The notes: generated from the letters alone by a model not told the origin. A stretch of 64,000 nucleotides of DNA from an uncultured Pseudomonadota bacterium (GCA_963836235.1 CAWIIP010000004.1:1-64000); one strand, 5' to 3'; counted from the stretch's first letter, positions 54,187 through 62,463 are shown. Made by a program: numbers and translations.

Positions 54187-56835
54187 ATGAAAAAACATCC
54201 AAGATCATTTGAATTTTACCGGCTCTTTTCTGTCATTTTTTTAGTTGGCGGATTTGTGGTCGTAATTTTTGATCCGAACCTTCTCGCCGGTATTTTTCAT
54301 CGGGCCGCTGCCCTGAAATCGACTCGACAAGATTCTTCCGGGGAAATGAAATTTAAAAGATCCTACGGCCAACTCCCATTGATCTTCGAACCCAACGAAG
54401 GCCAAACCGATCCCCGGGTGAGCTATTTCTGCCGGGGCGCGGGATACAGCCTATTCTTGACCCCGAAAGAAGCGGTGCTCACCTTAAGACAACCCGAACC
54501 ACCATCCCGCCATCCGGGCCGCGAGAAGGGCCAGGCCTTGCCTCTCGAACCGTCCCGGGTCCGGGAGAGGGTGTTGCGCATCAAGTTAAAAGAGGCCCAA
54601 TCGCCTTCCTCGGTGGAGGGGATGGATAAATTGGAAGGTACCAGCAATTATTTCATCGGCAAGGACCCCCGAAAATGGCGCACAGGGATCCCCCAATTCG
54701 CCAGGGTGAAATTAAAGGATGTTTATCCCGGCATCGACATCGTTTATTACGGCAACGGGGGAAAATTGGAGTATGACTTCGTGGTAAAACCGGGGGCCGA
54801 TCCGAGGTCGATCCAGATGGCTTTTGAGGGCACCCAAGGGATGAAGTTGGTCGATGGCGATTGGGTTTTGAAAGCGGGGAAAGACCAACTGGTTTTTAAA
54901 GCGCCCGTGATCTATCAGCCGCAAGGGGGCTCGCGCAGAAGGGTGGAGGGACGGTATGTGCGGATGGGGCCTCATCAGCTGGGTTTCCAGGTGGATGGCT
55001 ATGACCCGACGCGAACGCTTGTCATCGATCCCGTATTAGATTATTCGACCTATTTGAGCGGGAGCGCCTCGAACCAGAGCTTCGGGATCGCGGTGAACTC
55101 CAGCGGAAATGCTTATGTGATCGGACAGGTTACTTCCATTACTTTCCCAACGACGGCAGGGGCCTTCCAGACCGCCCCCCCTGGCGGTACCTCGGACGCT
55201 TTTGTCTCGGAGCTGAACGCCGCCGGGACGGGGTTGGTCTATTCGACCTATTTGGGCGGGACGGGGATAGAGGGCGCCATGAAGATTGCGGTGGACGCCG
55301 CGGGAAATGCCTATGTGGTGGGAGTCACCAGTTCCACCGATTTTCCCATCACGCCCGGAGCCTTCCAAACGGCCTCCACGGGGGTTACCTATAACATTTA
55401 TTTGACCAAATTGAATCCCGCCGGGACCGCCCTCGTTTATTCCACGTACTTTGGCGGGAATGCCGACACGCAATGCGACGCCCTCGCAGTCGACAACACC
55501 GGGCAGGCTTATATCGGCGGCTTTTCCAGCGCCACCAATTTACCCACAACGGCCGGCGCCTATCAAAGCACGATGAAGGGAAGTACCAACGCCTATGTGG
55601 CAAAGTTCAACGCCCTCGGGACGGCTTTGGTGTACATGACTTATCTGGGAGGGACCAATTATGACGGTCTTTCTGGGATCGCGTTGGACCCTTCGGGGGA
55701 CGCTTATCTCTGCGGCGGGACCCGCTCCGTCGATTTCCCCACGACCGCCGGAGTTTTTAAATCGGCTTATGGCGGGGGAATCAATGATGGCTTTGTGGCC
55801 AAGTTGAATCCCACTGGTACTGCCTTGTTGTACTCTACTTACCTGGGTGGAAGCGGGAACGACAGCATCTCCGGTATCAAAATAGATTCTTCGGGAGACG
55901 CCTATATTGCCGGCGGCACCACTTCCGTGAATTTCCCCACCACCGCGGGCGCTTATCAAGGCGCGTTGGCGGGAAATACCAACGTCTTCATCACTGAATT
56001 AAACCCAACAGCCACTTCATTGATTTACTCCACCCTCCTGGGAGGCAGTAATAATGATGCGGCCTATGGAATGGATATGGATTCCTCCTATAGGGTCTAC
56101 GTGACGGGGCAGATCAATTCGGTGAATTTTCCAACCACCGCGGGGGCGTTCCAAACGGTTTTTGGGGGTTTCGACGATTCCTTTATCAGTGTCATGAACC
56201 CGACCGGCACGGCCTTGGTCTATTCCAGTTACCTCGGAGGGAGCAGTGAGGACGTGGGCTATGGCATTGCCTTGGACCCGGCCGGGAACGCTTATCTGGC
56301 AGGCTATACCTGGTCGACCGACTTTCCCACGACGGCGGGCGCTTACCAACCGGTGTACGGCGGCGGAAGTTCCAACGCCTTTGCCGCTAAATTCGACGTG
56401 ACGACCTTTAGCATCCCCGCCATCACCGCAACCCCGACCTCCACTCCGACGAGTAGTCCAACTTCAACGCCCACACCCTTGGTTACCAGCACGCCCACTT
56501 CCACACCGACCTTTACGCCGACCGCCCTGATGACCAACACGCTCACACCCGGTTCAACTTCAGGCTGTGTGATCCATGTTTGGCCCAATCCTTATAGCTT
56601 GAAATACGCCCATGACCATGCCTTGAAGTTCAGCTGCCTGCCCGCGAACGCCGAGGTTTATATCTATACGGTATCGGGCGAGTTGGTGGCCCAGTTCGGC
56701 CCCTCCGGCGACCCCACCGAATGGAAAGATGGGAAAAATCTCAATGGGGCCAGTGTTTCCTCCGGCATTTATTATTACGCTATTCAGAATGGCCAAACCC
56801 TCTTGCAACGGGGTAAGTTTTTGATCACACCTTAA
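54187..56835 (+). CDS. SBBP repeat protein (paralog) with C-terminal sorting-like domain
   Basis: Same architecture as the previous gene; VWPNP...IYTVSGELV...SSGIYYY...GKFLI. Confidence 0.88.
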   Translation: MKKHPRSFEFYRLFSVIFLVGGFVVVIFDPNLLAGIFHRAAALKSTRQDSSGEMKFKRSYGQLPLIFEPNEGQTDPRVSYFCRGAGYSLFLTPKEAVLTLRQPEPPSRHPGREKGQALPLEPSRVRERVLRIKLKEAQSPSSVEGMDKLEGTSNYFIGKDPRKWRTGIPQFARVKLKDVYPGIDIVYYGNGGKLEYDFVVKPGADPRSIQMAFEGTQGMKLVDGDWVLKAGKDQLVFKAPVIYQPQGGSRRRVEGRYVRMGPHQLGFQVDGYDPTRTLVIDPVLDYSTYLSGSASNQSFGIAVNSSGNAYVIGQVTSITFPTTAGAFQTAPPGGTSDAFVSELNAAGTGLVYSTYLGGTGIEGAMKIAVDAAGNAYVVGVTSSTDFPITPGAFQTASTGVTYNIYLTKLNPAGTALVYSTYFGGNADTQCDALAVDNTGQAYIGGFSSATNLPTTAGAYQSTMKGSTNAYVAKFNALGTALVYMTYLGGTNYDGLSGIALDPSGDAYLCGGTRSVDFPTTAGVFKSAYGGGINDGFVAKLNPTGTALLYSTYLGGSGNDSISGIKIDSSGDAYIAGGTTSVNFPTTAGAYQGALAGNTNVFITELNPTATSLIYSTLLGGSNNDAAYGMDMDSSYRVYVTGQINSVNFPTTAGAFQTVFGGFDDSFISVMNPTGTALVYSSYLGGSSEDVGYGIALDPAGNAYLAGYTWSTDFPTTAGAYQPVYGGGSSNAFAAKFDVTTFSIPAITATPTSTPTSSPTSTPTPLVTSTPTSTPTFTPTALMTNTLTPGSTSGCVIHVWPNPYSLKYAHDHALKFSCLPANAEVYIYTVSGELVAQFGPSGDPTEWKDGKNLNGASVSSGIYYYAIQNGQTLLQRGKFLITP

Positions 56836-56839
56836 CGTG

Positions 56840-56869
56840 TTGTCCACGACGGGGACCCGTCGTGGACAA
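56840..56869. repeat. 30-bp palindrome, copy 1
   Basis: TTGTCCACGACGGG-GA-CCCGTCGTGGACAA (perfect 14-bp arms). Confidence 0.95.
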
Positions 56870-56884
56870 GGATAATAGGGACAC

Positions 56885-56913
56885 TTGACGTATAACGCTC
56901 TCCGTTATACCCT
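56885..56913 (+). promoter_or_regulatory. higBA promoter with overlapping operator
   Basis: TTGACG-N17-TACCCT; inverted repeat GTATAACG-N5-CGTTATAC (56890-56910). Confidence 0.7.
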
Positions 56914-56919
56914 TAAAGA

Positions 56920-57201
56920 ATGATCCGAAGCTTTAAGGGTAAAGAAACCGAGCTTATCTTCAACCGGACTTTTTCCCATCGGCTGCCCCACGACATTCAA
57001 ACGGTGGCCTTTCGGAAACTCCGAATGATAAGCCGGGCGGTATCCTTAAACGATTTGAGGGTTCCCCCAGCAAACCATTTGGAAGCCCTGCACGGGAACC
57101 GTAAGGGCCAACACAGCATTCGGATTAATAATCAATGGCGTGTTTGTTTTGAATGGCGCGCGGGGGACGCACATAACGTTGAGATCGTGGATTACCACTA
57201 G
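56920..57201 (+). CDS. higB: HigB toxin (RelE/ParE superfamily, plasmid killer type)
   Basis: MIRSFK.KETE, DLRVPPANHLEALHG.RKGQHSIRINNQWRVCFEW and VEIVDYH. Confidence 0.95.
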   Translation: MIRSFKGKETELIFNRTFSHRLPHDIQTVAFRKLRMISRAVSLNDLRVPPANHLEALHGNRKGQHSIRINNQWRVCFEWRAGDAHNVEIVDYH

Positions 57202-57209
57202 GAGGAAAA

Positions 57210-57512
57210 ATGAAGACAGCTAAAATTCCGCCGCTACATCCAGGCGAAGTTCTTCAAGAGGAGTTTTTAGCTCCCATGAAGATCAGCCAAAATAAGCTGG
57301 GTCAGGACCTGGGGGTCCCTCCCCGCCGCATCAATGAAATCATCCAGGGGAAAAGGGGCATCACAGCCGATACCGCCTTGCGCTTGGCCAGGTATTTCAA
57401 CATGTCCCCCCAATTTTGGCTTGGCTTGCAAATGGATTTTGAGTTGGACCAGGAAGCAGACCATCTTGCATCCCGCCTCAAAAAGGAAGTCCACGTCTAC
57501 CAGGCTGTTTAA
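57210..57512 (+). CDS. higA: HigA antitoxin (HTH Xre)
   Basis: PLHPGEVLQEEFL, RINEII.GKRGITADTALRLARYF and FWLGLQ. Confidence 0.95.
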   Translation: MKTAKIPPLHPGEVLQEEFLAPMKISQNKLGQDLGVPPRRINEIIQGKRGITADTALRLARYFNMSPQFWLGLQMDFELDQEADHLASRLKKEVHVYQAV

Positions 57513-57527
57513 GATCGGTTCCATGGG

Positions 57528-57557
57528 TTGTCCACGACGGGGACCCATCGTGGACAG
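57528..57557. repeat. 30-bp palindrome, copy 2
   Basis: TTGTCCACGACGGG-GA-CCCATCGTGGACAG. Confidence 0.95.
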
Positions 57558-57608
57558 GTAAAAGGGGTATAATCCAATCTTCGTTACGCTTCTATAATTG
57601 AGGCAAGT

Positions 57609-58742
57609 ATGAATCGACTTTTCCTTATCGCGGTAATCCTCTTGATCGGCCTGTTCCCCCTGGCTTGCCAGAAGACCTATACGTTAGGCCCTCTGAGCGT
57701 TCCAACTCCCGCTCCACCTCCCACCAAAACCTTTACCGCCACAGGTTCGCCTACCCCCACCTGTAGCGGGAAAATCGTTTCGACCTTGGCGGGGTCCGGG
57801 TTGGTTGGAGCCGTCAACGCCACTGGTACAGCCGCGTCGTTCAATTTCCCTACGGGGGCCGCCGTGGATTCTTCCGGGAATGTTTATGTGGCGGATACTT
57901 ACAACAACCTGATACGGGAAATCACGTCAGGTGGGGTAGTAACGACCTTGGCCGGGTCCGGGGCGATTGGAGCCGTCAACGCCACCGGGACCGCCGCGTC
58001 CTTTCATACTCCCTACGCCCTGGCGGTGGATTCTTCGGGCAATGTTTATGTCGCGGATACCATTAACAACCTGATCCGGATGATAACCCCCGGTGGGGTG
58101 GTGACCACCTTGGCCGGAGGCGGGCCTTGTTGCGCGGTAAACGCAACGGGAACCGCCGCTTCGTTCAACGGACCTTGGGGAATAGCCGTCGATGCTTCCG
58201 GAAACGTTTATGTGGCGGATCAAACCAACGACCTCATCCGGAAAATTACCCCGGGCGGCGTCGTGACGACCCTGGCGGGATCGGGTGCCTGGGGGGCCAC
58301 CAACGGAACCGGAACCGCCGCGTCTTTTTATAATCCCGTTGGACTCGCGGTCGATTCTTCGGGGAATGTTTATGTCGCGGATTCTTACAACGACATGATC
58401 CGGAAAATCACTCCGGGAGGCGTGGTGACGACCCTGGCGGGGTCCGGGTCAGCCGGCTCGGCCGACGGAATCGGGACCGCGGCGTCTTTCAATATGCCCC
58501 TTGGGGTCGCGGTGGATTCCTCCGGAAATGTTTACGTGACGGACGCGTGGAACAACCTGATCCGTGAAATTACCCCAGGGGGCGTGGTGACGACCCTGTT
58601 GGGAAAAGTGGGGGTCGCGGGTTCAACCAACGGAAATTGCTACCAGGCCCTTTTCAACCAGCCTGATGGAATCGCGGTGGATTCCTCCGGGAAAATCTAC
58701 ATCGCGGACCAGGACAACAACCTGATCCGGGAAATCCAATAA
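57609..58742 (+). CDS. NHL-repeat lipoprotein
   Basis: Lipobox PLAC; six repeats of ASF..P.G.AVDSSGNVYVAD..N.LIR.ITPGGVVTTLAG. Confidence 0.9.
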   Translation: MNRLFLIAVILLIGLFPLACQKTYTLGPLSVPTPAPPPTKTFTATGSPTPTCSGKIVSTLAGSGLVGAVNATGTAASFNFPTGAAVDSSGNVYVADTYNNLIREITSGGVVTTLAGSGAIGAVNATGTAASFHTPYALAVDSSGNVYVADTINNLIRMITPGGVVTTLAGGGPCCAVNATGTAASFNGPWGIAVDASGNVYVADQTNDLIRKITPGGVVTTLAGSGAWGATNGTGTAASFYNPVGLAVDSSGNVYVADSYNDMIRKITPGGVVTTLAGSGSAGSADGIGTAASFNMPLGVAVDSSGNVYVTDAWNNLIREITPGGVVTTLLGKVGVAGSTNGNCYQALFNQPDGIAVDSSGKIYIADQDNNLIREIQ

Positions 58743-58772
58743 ATTCCAATTCGCCCTTTTGATATAAAAAAT

Positions 58773-58802
58773 CTGTCCACTACGGGGACCCGTCGTGGAC
58801 AA
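58773..58802. repeat. 30-bp palindrome, copy 3
   Basis: CTGTCCACTACGGG-GA-CCCGTCGTGGACAA. Confidence 0.95.
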
Positions 58803-58849
58803 CAAAGAATTGCCTGCACATGCCTGTCGCAAAAAGGATAGTGTGCAAC

Positions 58850-59120
58850 CGATGCTCTTTTTGATGCTTCGGCACCTTTTGTGAGTGAAGTAGGTAGTGA
58901 TTTGGCCGTTGGCGCATTGGAAGCAGGGGGAGCAGCATTGGCCTCAGTTTCGGGGCCTTTGGCTCCGCTGGTGGAAGAGGGAACACAAGCGCTTGCACCC
59001 CTTGCCTATGTTGCCGGTTCGACCGCGGCATCGGCAGGTTGGAAATATATTCAACAACAAGCCGCTCCCGTAATAAACAATGCGATAAGCACCATTAGTG
59101 GGTGGTTTTCAGGACCGTGA
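58850..59120 (+). pseudogene. 5'-truncated gene fragment (Ala/Gly-rich hydrophobic C-terminus, polymorphic-toxin-like)
   Basis: The frame is open up to the repeat boundary (DALFDASAPFVSEVG...ISGWFSGP*); no SD for the internal GTG. Confidence 0.5.
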
Positions 59121-59147
59121 TTTTTCTTTTTCAATTTTAAAGATTAA

Positions 59148-59633
59148 GTGAAGTGGTTTGAAATGAAAAACACAAAAGTTTATGGATCTAAATTCACTGT
59201 TTTGCTCATGGGACTTTTTTTAGGGATGAGCCTTTTTGTTCTTGTGAAGAAATTGGGGGAACCAGATGCCGAAATCACGAAACCAATCTTAATAGTTGTC
59301 TTTGGTCTGTTTTTATTTTTGGTGGCTTTTAATCGAGCATTAACCCCTCGATGGACCTATGACGAGAGTGGAGTCACGATGAAAAACTCATTTAAGCCAA
59401 AAGATGAAAATTTTTGGCCTTGGAGTGAAGTTGTTGGCATTTATAGACGCGCTTATTGGTCGTGGAATTACTACATCGATTTTAAACGCGGGGGTGTCAT
59501 GGTTAGTTTTCTCTGGACTAGCAATCATTTAAGGATTTTAGTGGATGCGGTACATTTTGCACAAAAAAATAACCCAAATGTGGAAATTACACCTTCTGTT
59601 TTGGGAAAAGTTAAAAAATATTTTAACCGATAG
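59148..59633 (+). CDS. Hypothetical 2-TM membrane protein (immunity-like)
   Basis: Two TM segments followed by a PH-like soluble part; AT-rich; lies inside spacer 1. Confidence 0.7.
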   Translation: MKWFEMKNTKVYGSKFTVLLMGLFLGMSLFVLVKKLGEPDAEITKPILIVVFGLFLFLVAFNRALTPRWTYDESGVTMKNSFKPKDENFWPWSEVVGIYRRAYWSWNYYIDFKRGGVMVSFLWTSNHLRILVDAVHFAQKNNPNVEITPSVLGKVKKYFNR

Positions 59634-59689
59634 ATATTTTTGAAAAGTAACTTTTGGGCAACAGTTAGTAGATTGAAAGGCGTTTGTTA

Positions 59690-59820
59690 ATGAATGGCGA
59701 AGTTTTTAAAAATTTAAAAAGTGCCAAGAGATTATGGGGCTTATTGCTGTTTCTCACTTTGGGAAACAGCTCAATATCTTTCGCCCAGACAGCCACGCCT
59801 ACCCCCATGCCCACGCCGAC
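59690..59820 (+). pseudogene. 3'-truncated gene: signal peptide + TPTP linker cut by the repeat
   Basis: MNGEVFKNLKSAKRLWGLLLFLTLGNSSISFAQTATPTPMPTPT runs directly into repeat 2. Confidence 0.6.
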
Positions 59821-59864
59821 CCTGCACATGCCTGTCGCAAAAAGGATAGTGTGCAACTAACTAA

Positions 59865-60635
59865 TCACTTTTCCGAAGATTTTAATTCATTCAATATTTC
59901 TTTTGATTTCTTTTCCAACTCTTGTCGATTCCCCCTAAGACTCAAGTTCGTTTTATGATATTGTTCAACAGTTTGCTTATATGAAATTCTCAATTTTAAT
60001 CTCTTCTCACGGTTCAAAAAATATTGATCGGCGGTACTTTTCGAACCAAACGTTTTAATTTTGCGATCTTTATACTCTCCATATATTTTGGAGCCCGTTA
60101 TTTTTTTGAATATTTGATCCGTTAATTCGTTTGCGTTTTTCAGACCACCTTTATGCCAAGTCAATTTAGAATAAGTCCCATTAATCATCGCCTCTTCCCT
60201 AATCCATTGACAAAGATCATCAGTTTTACCATCGCCCAATTCGTTTCCTAATTGATCCGCTTTTTCAATTCCCTCTTTTTGTTTTGACTTCACATTCATT
60301 TGATCTATCGGCATACTTTCGGGATTATTGTGTGCACCCATCGAAGTTAGATCGTTGGATAAATCTTTAAGTTTTTTAATTAAAGCCATTTGATCATCAG
60401 TTAAGTTCAACGATGACACCGATATTAAATCTTCATCCACTTTTGGTAAAAAACCGGATGCACTCCAAATCTTTATTGCTCGAATTTTTTCGGCAGACAC
60501 TGGCAAAACCTCAGAAGTAATGGCGGGTGTTTGAGCAATAACCCATCTAATAGGCGCAGCCCAAAGAACCAATATTTCAAAAGCAAAAATCATTTTCCGC
60601 CATTTTTGAAATTTCATCCCTGTTTTGAAATCCAT
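59865..60635 (-). CDS. Hypothetical secreted protein inside spacer 2
   Basis: 256-aa ORF with signal-like N-terminus and GGGGGA SD; stop codon 7 bp from repeat 2. Confidence 0.7.
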   Translation of the reverse strand: MDFKTGMKFQKWRKMIFAFEILVLWAAPIRWVIAQTPAITSEVLPVSAEKIRAIKIWSASGFLPKVDEDLISVSSLNLTDDQMALIKKLKDLSNDLTSMGAHNNPESMPIDQMNVKSKQKEGIEKADQLGNELGDGKTDDLCQWIREEAMINGTYSKLTWHKGGLKNANELTDQIFKKITGSKIYGEYKDRKIKTFGSKSTADQYFLNREKRLKLRISYKQTVEQYHKTNLSLRGNRQELEKKSKEILNELKSSEK

Positions 60636-60953
60636 TACATCCCCCTGATGTGGTTTGCCCTAAGCGTTGTCGAAGGGTTGGTGTTGTTTAAACGAAGGTG
60701 AGCGAGGTAAAAGCGAAAACTTTTTCAGTTGGACTATATCAAAACGATAAATATTTACTATGTTTAAAGGTAAATGGCCTGCACATGCCTGTCGCAAAAA
60801 GGATAGTGTGCAACGGTTCAAGCTCTTATTCAAAATAATGATGGGAATGGGCGAAAGTGGGGTTTCGGGCCTATTTTAGAAGCCTGAAGAAATCATTTAA
60901 AAGAAAAGCAGTTATGCCATTTTTTGGAAATAAAAGATAATGGCAATATGTAG

Positions 60954-60983
60954 TTGTCCATAGTGGGGACCCTGATTGGACAA
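60954..60983. repeat. 30-bp palindrome, copy 4 (degenerate)
   Basis: TTGTCCATAGTGGG-GA-CCCTGATTGGACAA. Confidence 0.8.
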
Positions 60984-61018
60984 CCCAATCCCTTCAACCC
61001 GCTATTTGAGGATGTGAG

Positions 61019-61366
61019 TTAAAATGGCACCAGCACAAATCTCCCATAGGCAACGAATAGGACCAGGAGAGCGGGCACCAAAGCCCAGAGAAAGCCCTGA
61101 AACTTGACGCCGGTCAACGCGGAAACTGATACCGTTTCGACGGCTACGCAGACTGCCACGATGGGGGTTAGGATGGGCAGTATCCCGATTGCTCCAGGCA
61201 AAACCAGGCCTAAGGCGAACAGGGCCTGGAGCACACCCAGAGCCATCCAGGCGGGCTTTGGCAGAATTTTCAACCAGACCCCCGGGACTTTAAATACCAT
61301 CCAGCTCCCGCCCATCAAATAGTACAAGCACAGCAAAATTTGAAGCACCCATAGCAGAATGTTCAT
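61019..61366 (-). CDS. DoxX-like family membrane protein
   Basis: MNILLWVLQILL, GLVLPGAIGILPILTPIVA and FVAYGRF. Confidence 0.8.
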   Translation of the reverse strand: MNILLWVLQILLCLYYLMGGSWMVFKVPGVWLKILPKPAWMALGVLQALFALGLVLPGAIGILPILTPIVAVCVAVETVSVSALTGVKFQGFLWALVPALLVLFVAYGRFVLVPF

Positions 61367-61490
61367 CCTAGTCTCCTCGAATTCGCCGGCGCGCGGCCAG
61401 CTTATTTTAAAACGCTGTCATCGCCTAAGGTACAAAGGGGCCCGACCTTTTTTCCACCTCCGTGTCGTAACGGAGAGGACGGGCGAATTA

Positions 61491-61552
61491 TGTCACACCC
61501 TTCCCCCTTGATTCGTCATTATCATGACGGATAAGAATAGGAAAATGTGACA
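61491..61552. promoter_or_regulatory. Two face-to-face ECF41-type promoters
   Basis: TGTCACA-N16-CGTC on + (61491-61517) and on - (61552-61526). Confidence 0.75.
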
Positions 61553-61569
61553 AGGGAAAGGGGCACAAA

Positions 61570-62463
61570 ATGGCTGAAAGCGATCGGCTGGCTGACCGGT
61601 TCCAGGAGAACCGCTCCCATTTACGGACCTTGGCCTACCGGATTCTGGGCTCCAATGGGGAAGCCGATGACGCGGTCCAAGAGGCCTGGCTCCGCCTGAC
61701 GCGCTCGGACGTTCAAGCGATCGAAAACCTGGGTGGGTGGCTTACGACCGTGACGGCCCGGGTTTGCCTGGATATGTTGAGATCGCGCAAAACCCGGAAA
61801 GAAGAATCCATCCAAGAGAATATTTTGGAAATGCCGGAAAACCCCAGCGCTCCCAATCCGGCGGATGAGGCCCTGCTGGCCGACTCCGTGGGTTCGGCCC
61901 TCTTGATCATCCTTCGCAGCCTGACGCCCGCCGAGCGGGTCGCCTTTGTTCTGCACGACATGTTTGACCTGCCTTTCGATGAAATCGCTCCGATCGTGGG
62001 CCGGTCTGAACCGGCGGTGAGGCAGCTCGCCAGCCGCGCCCGCCGCAGGGTCCGGGGAGGCGGGGAAAGCCGGGAGGACGAGGGAAAAAAACGGGAGATC
62101 GTCTCGGCCTTCCTGGCCGCCTCCCGGGAGGGACATTTCGACGCCCTGCTTCAATTACTCGACCCTGAAGTCCTGTTGGACGCGGATGACACCGCCGTCA
62201 AAATCACCACGGCCAACAAAGACAAGGGCGCGCCGCCTTTCCAAAGCCGCATGCGAGGCATGCGAAAGGTCGCCGAAACCTTCAAGGGCCGGGCTGTGGC
62301 CGCCCAACTGGCCCTTATCGACGGCTCGGTGGGAACCACCTGGATCGGCGGCGGAAAACCCAGGGTAGCTTTCCTGTTCGCGATCGAGAAGGGGAAGATC
62401 CGGGAAATCAACGTGGTCATGGACCCCGAGGATTTGGGCAAAATGAAAATCGAGCTTCTGTAA
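61570..62463 (+). CDS. ECF sigma factor with SnoaL-like C-terminal extension (ECF41/SigJ type)
   Basis: AYRILGS..EADDAVQEAWLR, LTPAERVAFVLHDMF, RQLASRARRRV, AFLAA...LLDPEV. Confidence 0.9.
   Translation: MAESDRLADRFQENRSHLRTLAYRILGSNGEADDAVQEAWLRLTRSDVQAIENLGGWLTTVTARVCLDMLRSRKTRKEESIQENILEMPENPSAPNPADEALLADSVGSALLIILRSLTPAERVAFVLHDMFDLPFDEIAPIVGRSEPAVRQLASRARRRVRGGGESREDEGKKREIVSAFLAASREGHFDALLQLLDPEVLLDADDTAVKITTANKDKGAPPFQSRMRGMRKVAETFKGRAVAAQLALIDGSVGTTWIGGGKPRVAFLFAIEKGKIREINVVMDPEDLGKMKIELL

Larger units (their letters stand above)
58813..60814. repeat. Array of three identical 37-bp direct repeats with 971- and 920-bp spacers (CRISPR-like repeat, giant spacers)
   Basis: CCTGCACATGCCTGTCGCAAAAAGGATAGTGTGCAAC at 58813-58849, 59821-59857 and 60778-60814. 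Confidence 0.95.

Noticed and set aside
58813-60814. Calling this a canonical CRISPR array
   Set aside because: Spacers are about 1 kb and no cas genes are visible, so it is reported as a repeat array and a hypothesis only.
56836-60990. Integron attC sites
   Set aside because: The palindromes lack the RYYYAAC...GTTRRRY boxes and extrahelical bases, are too short, and no intI gene is present.
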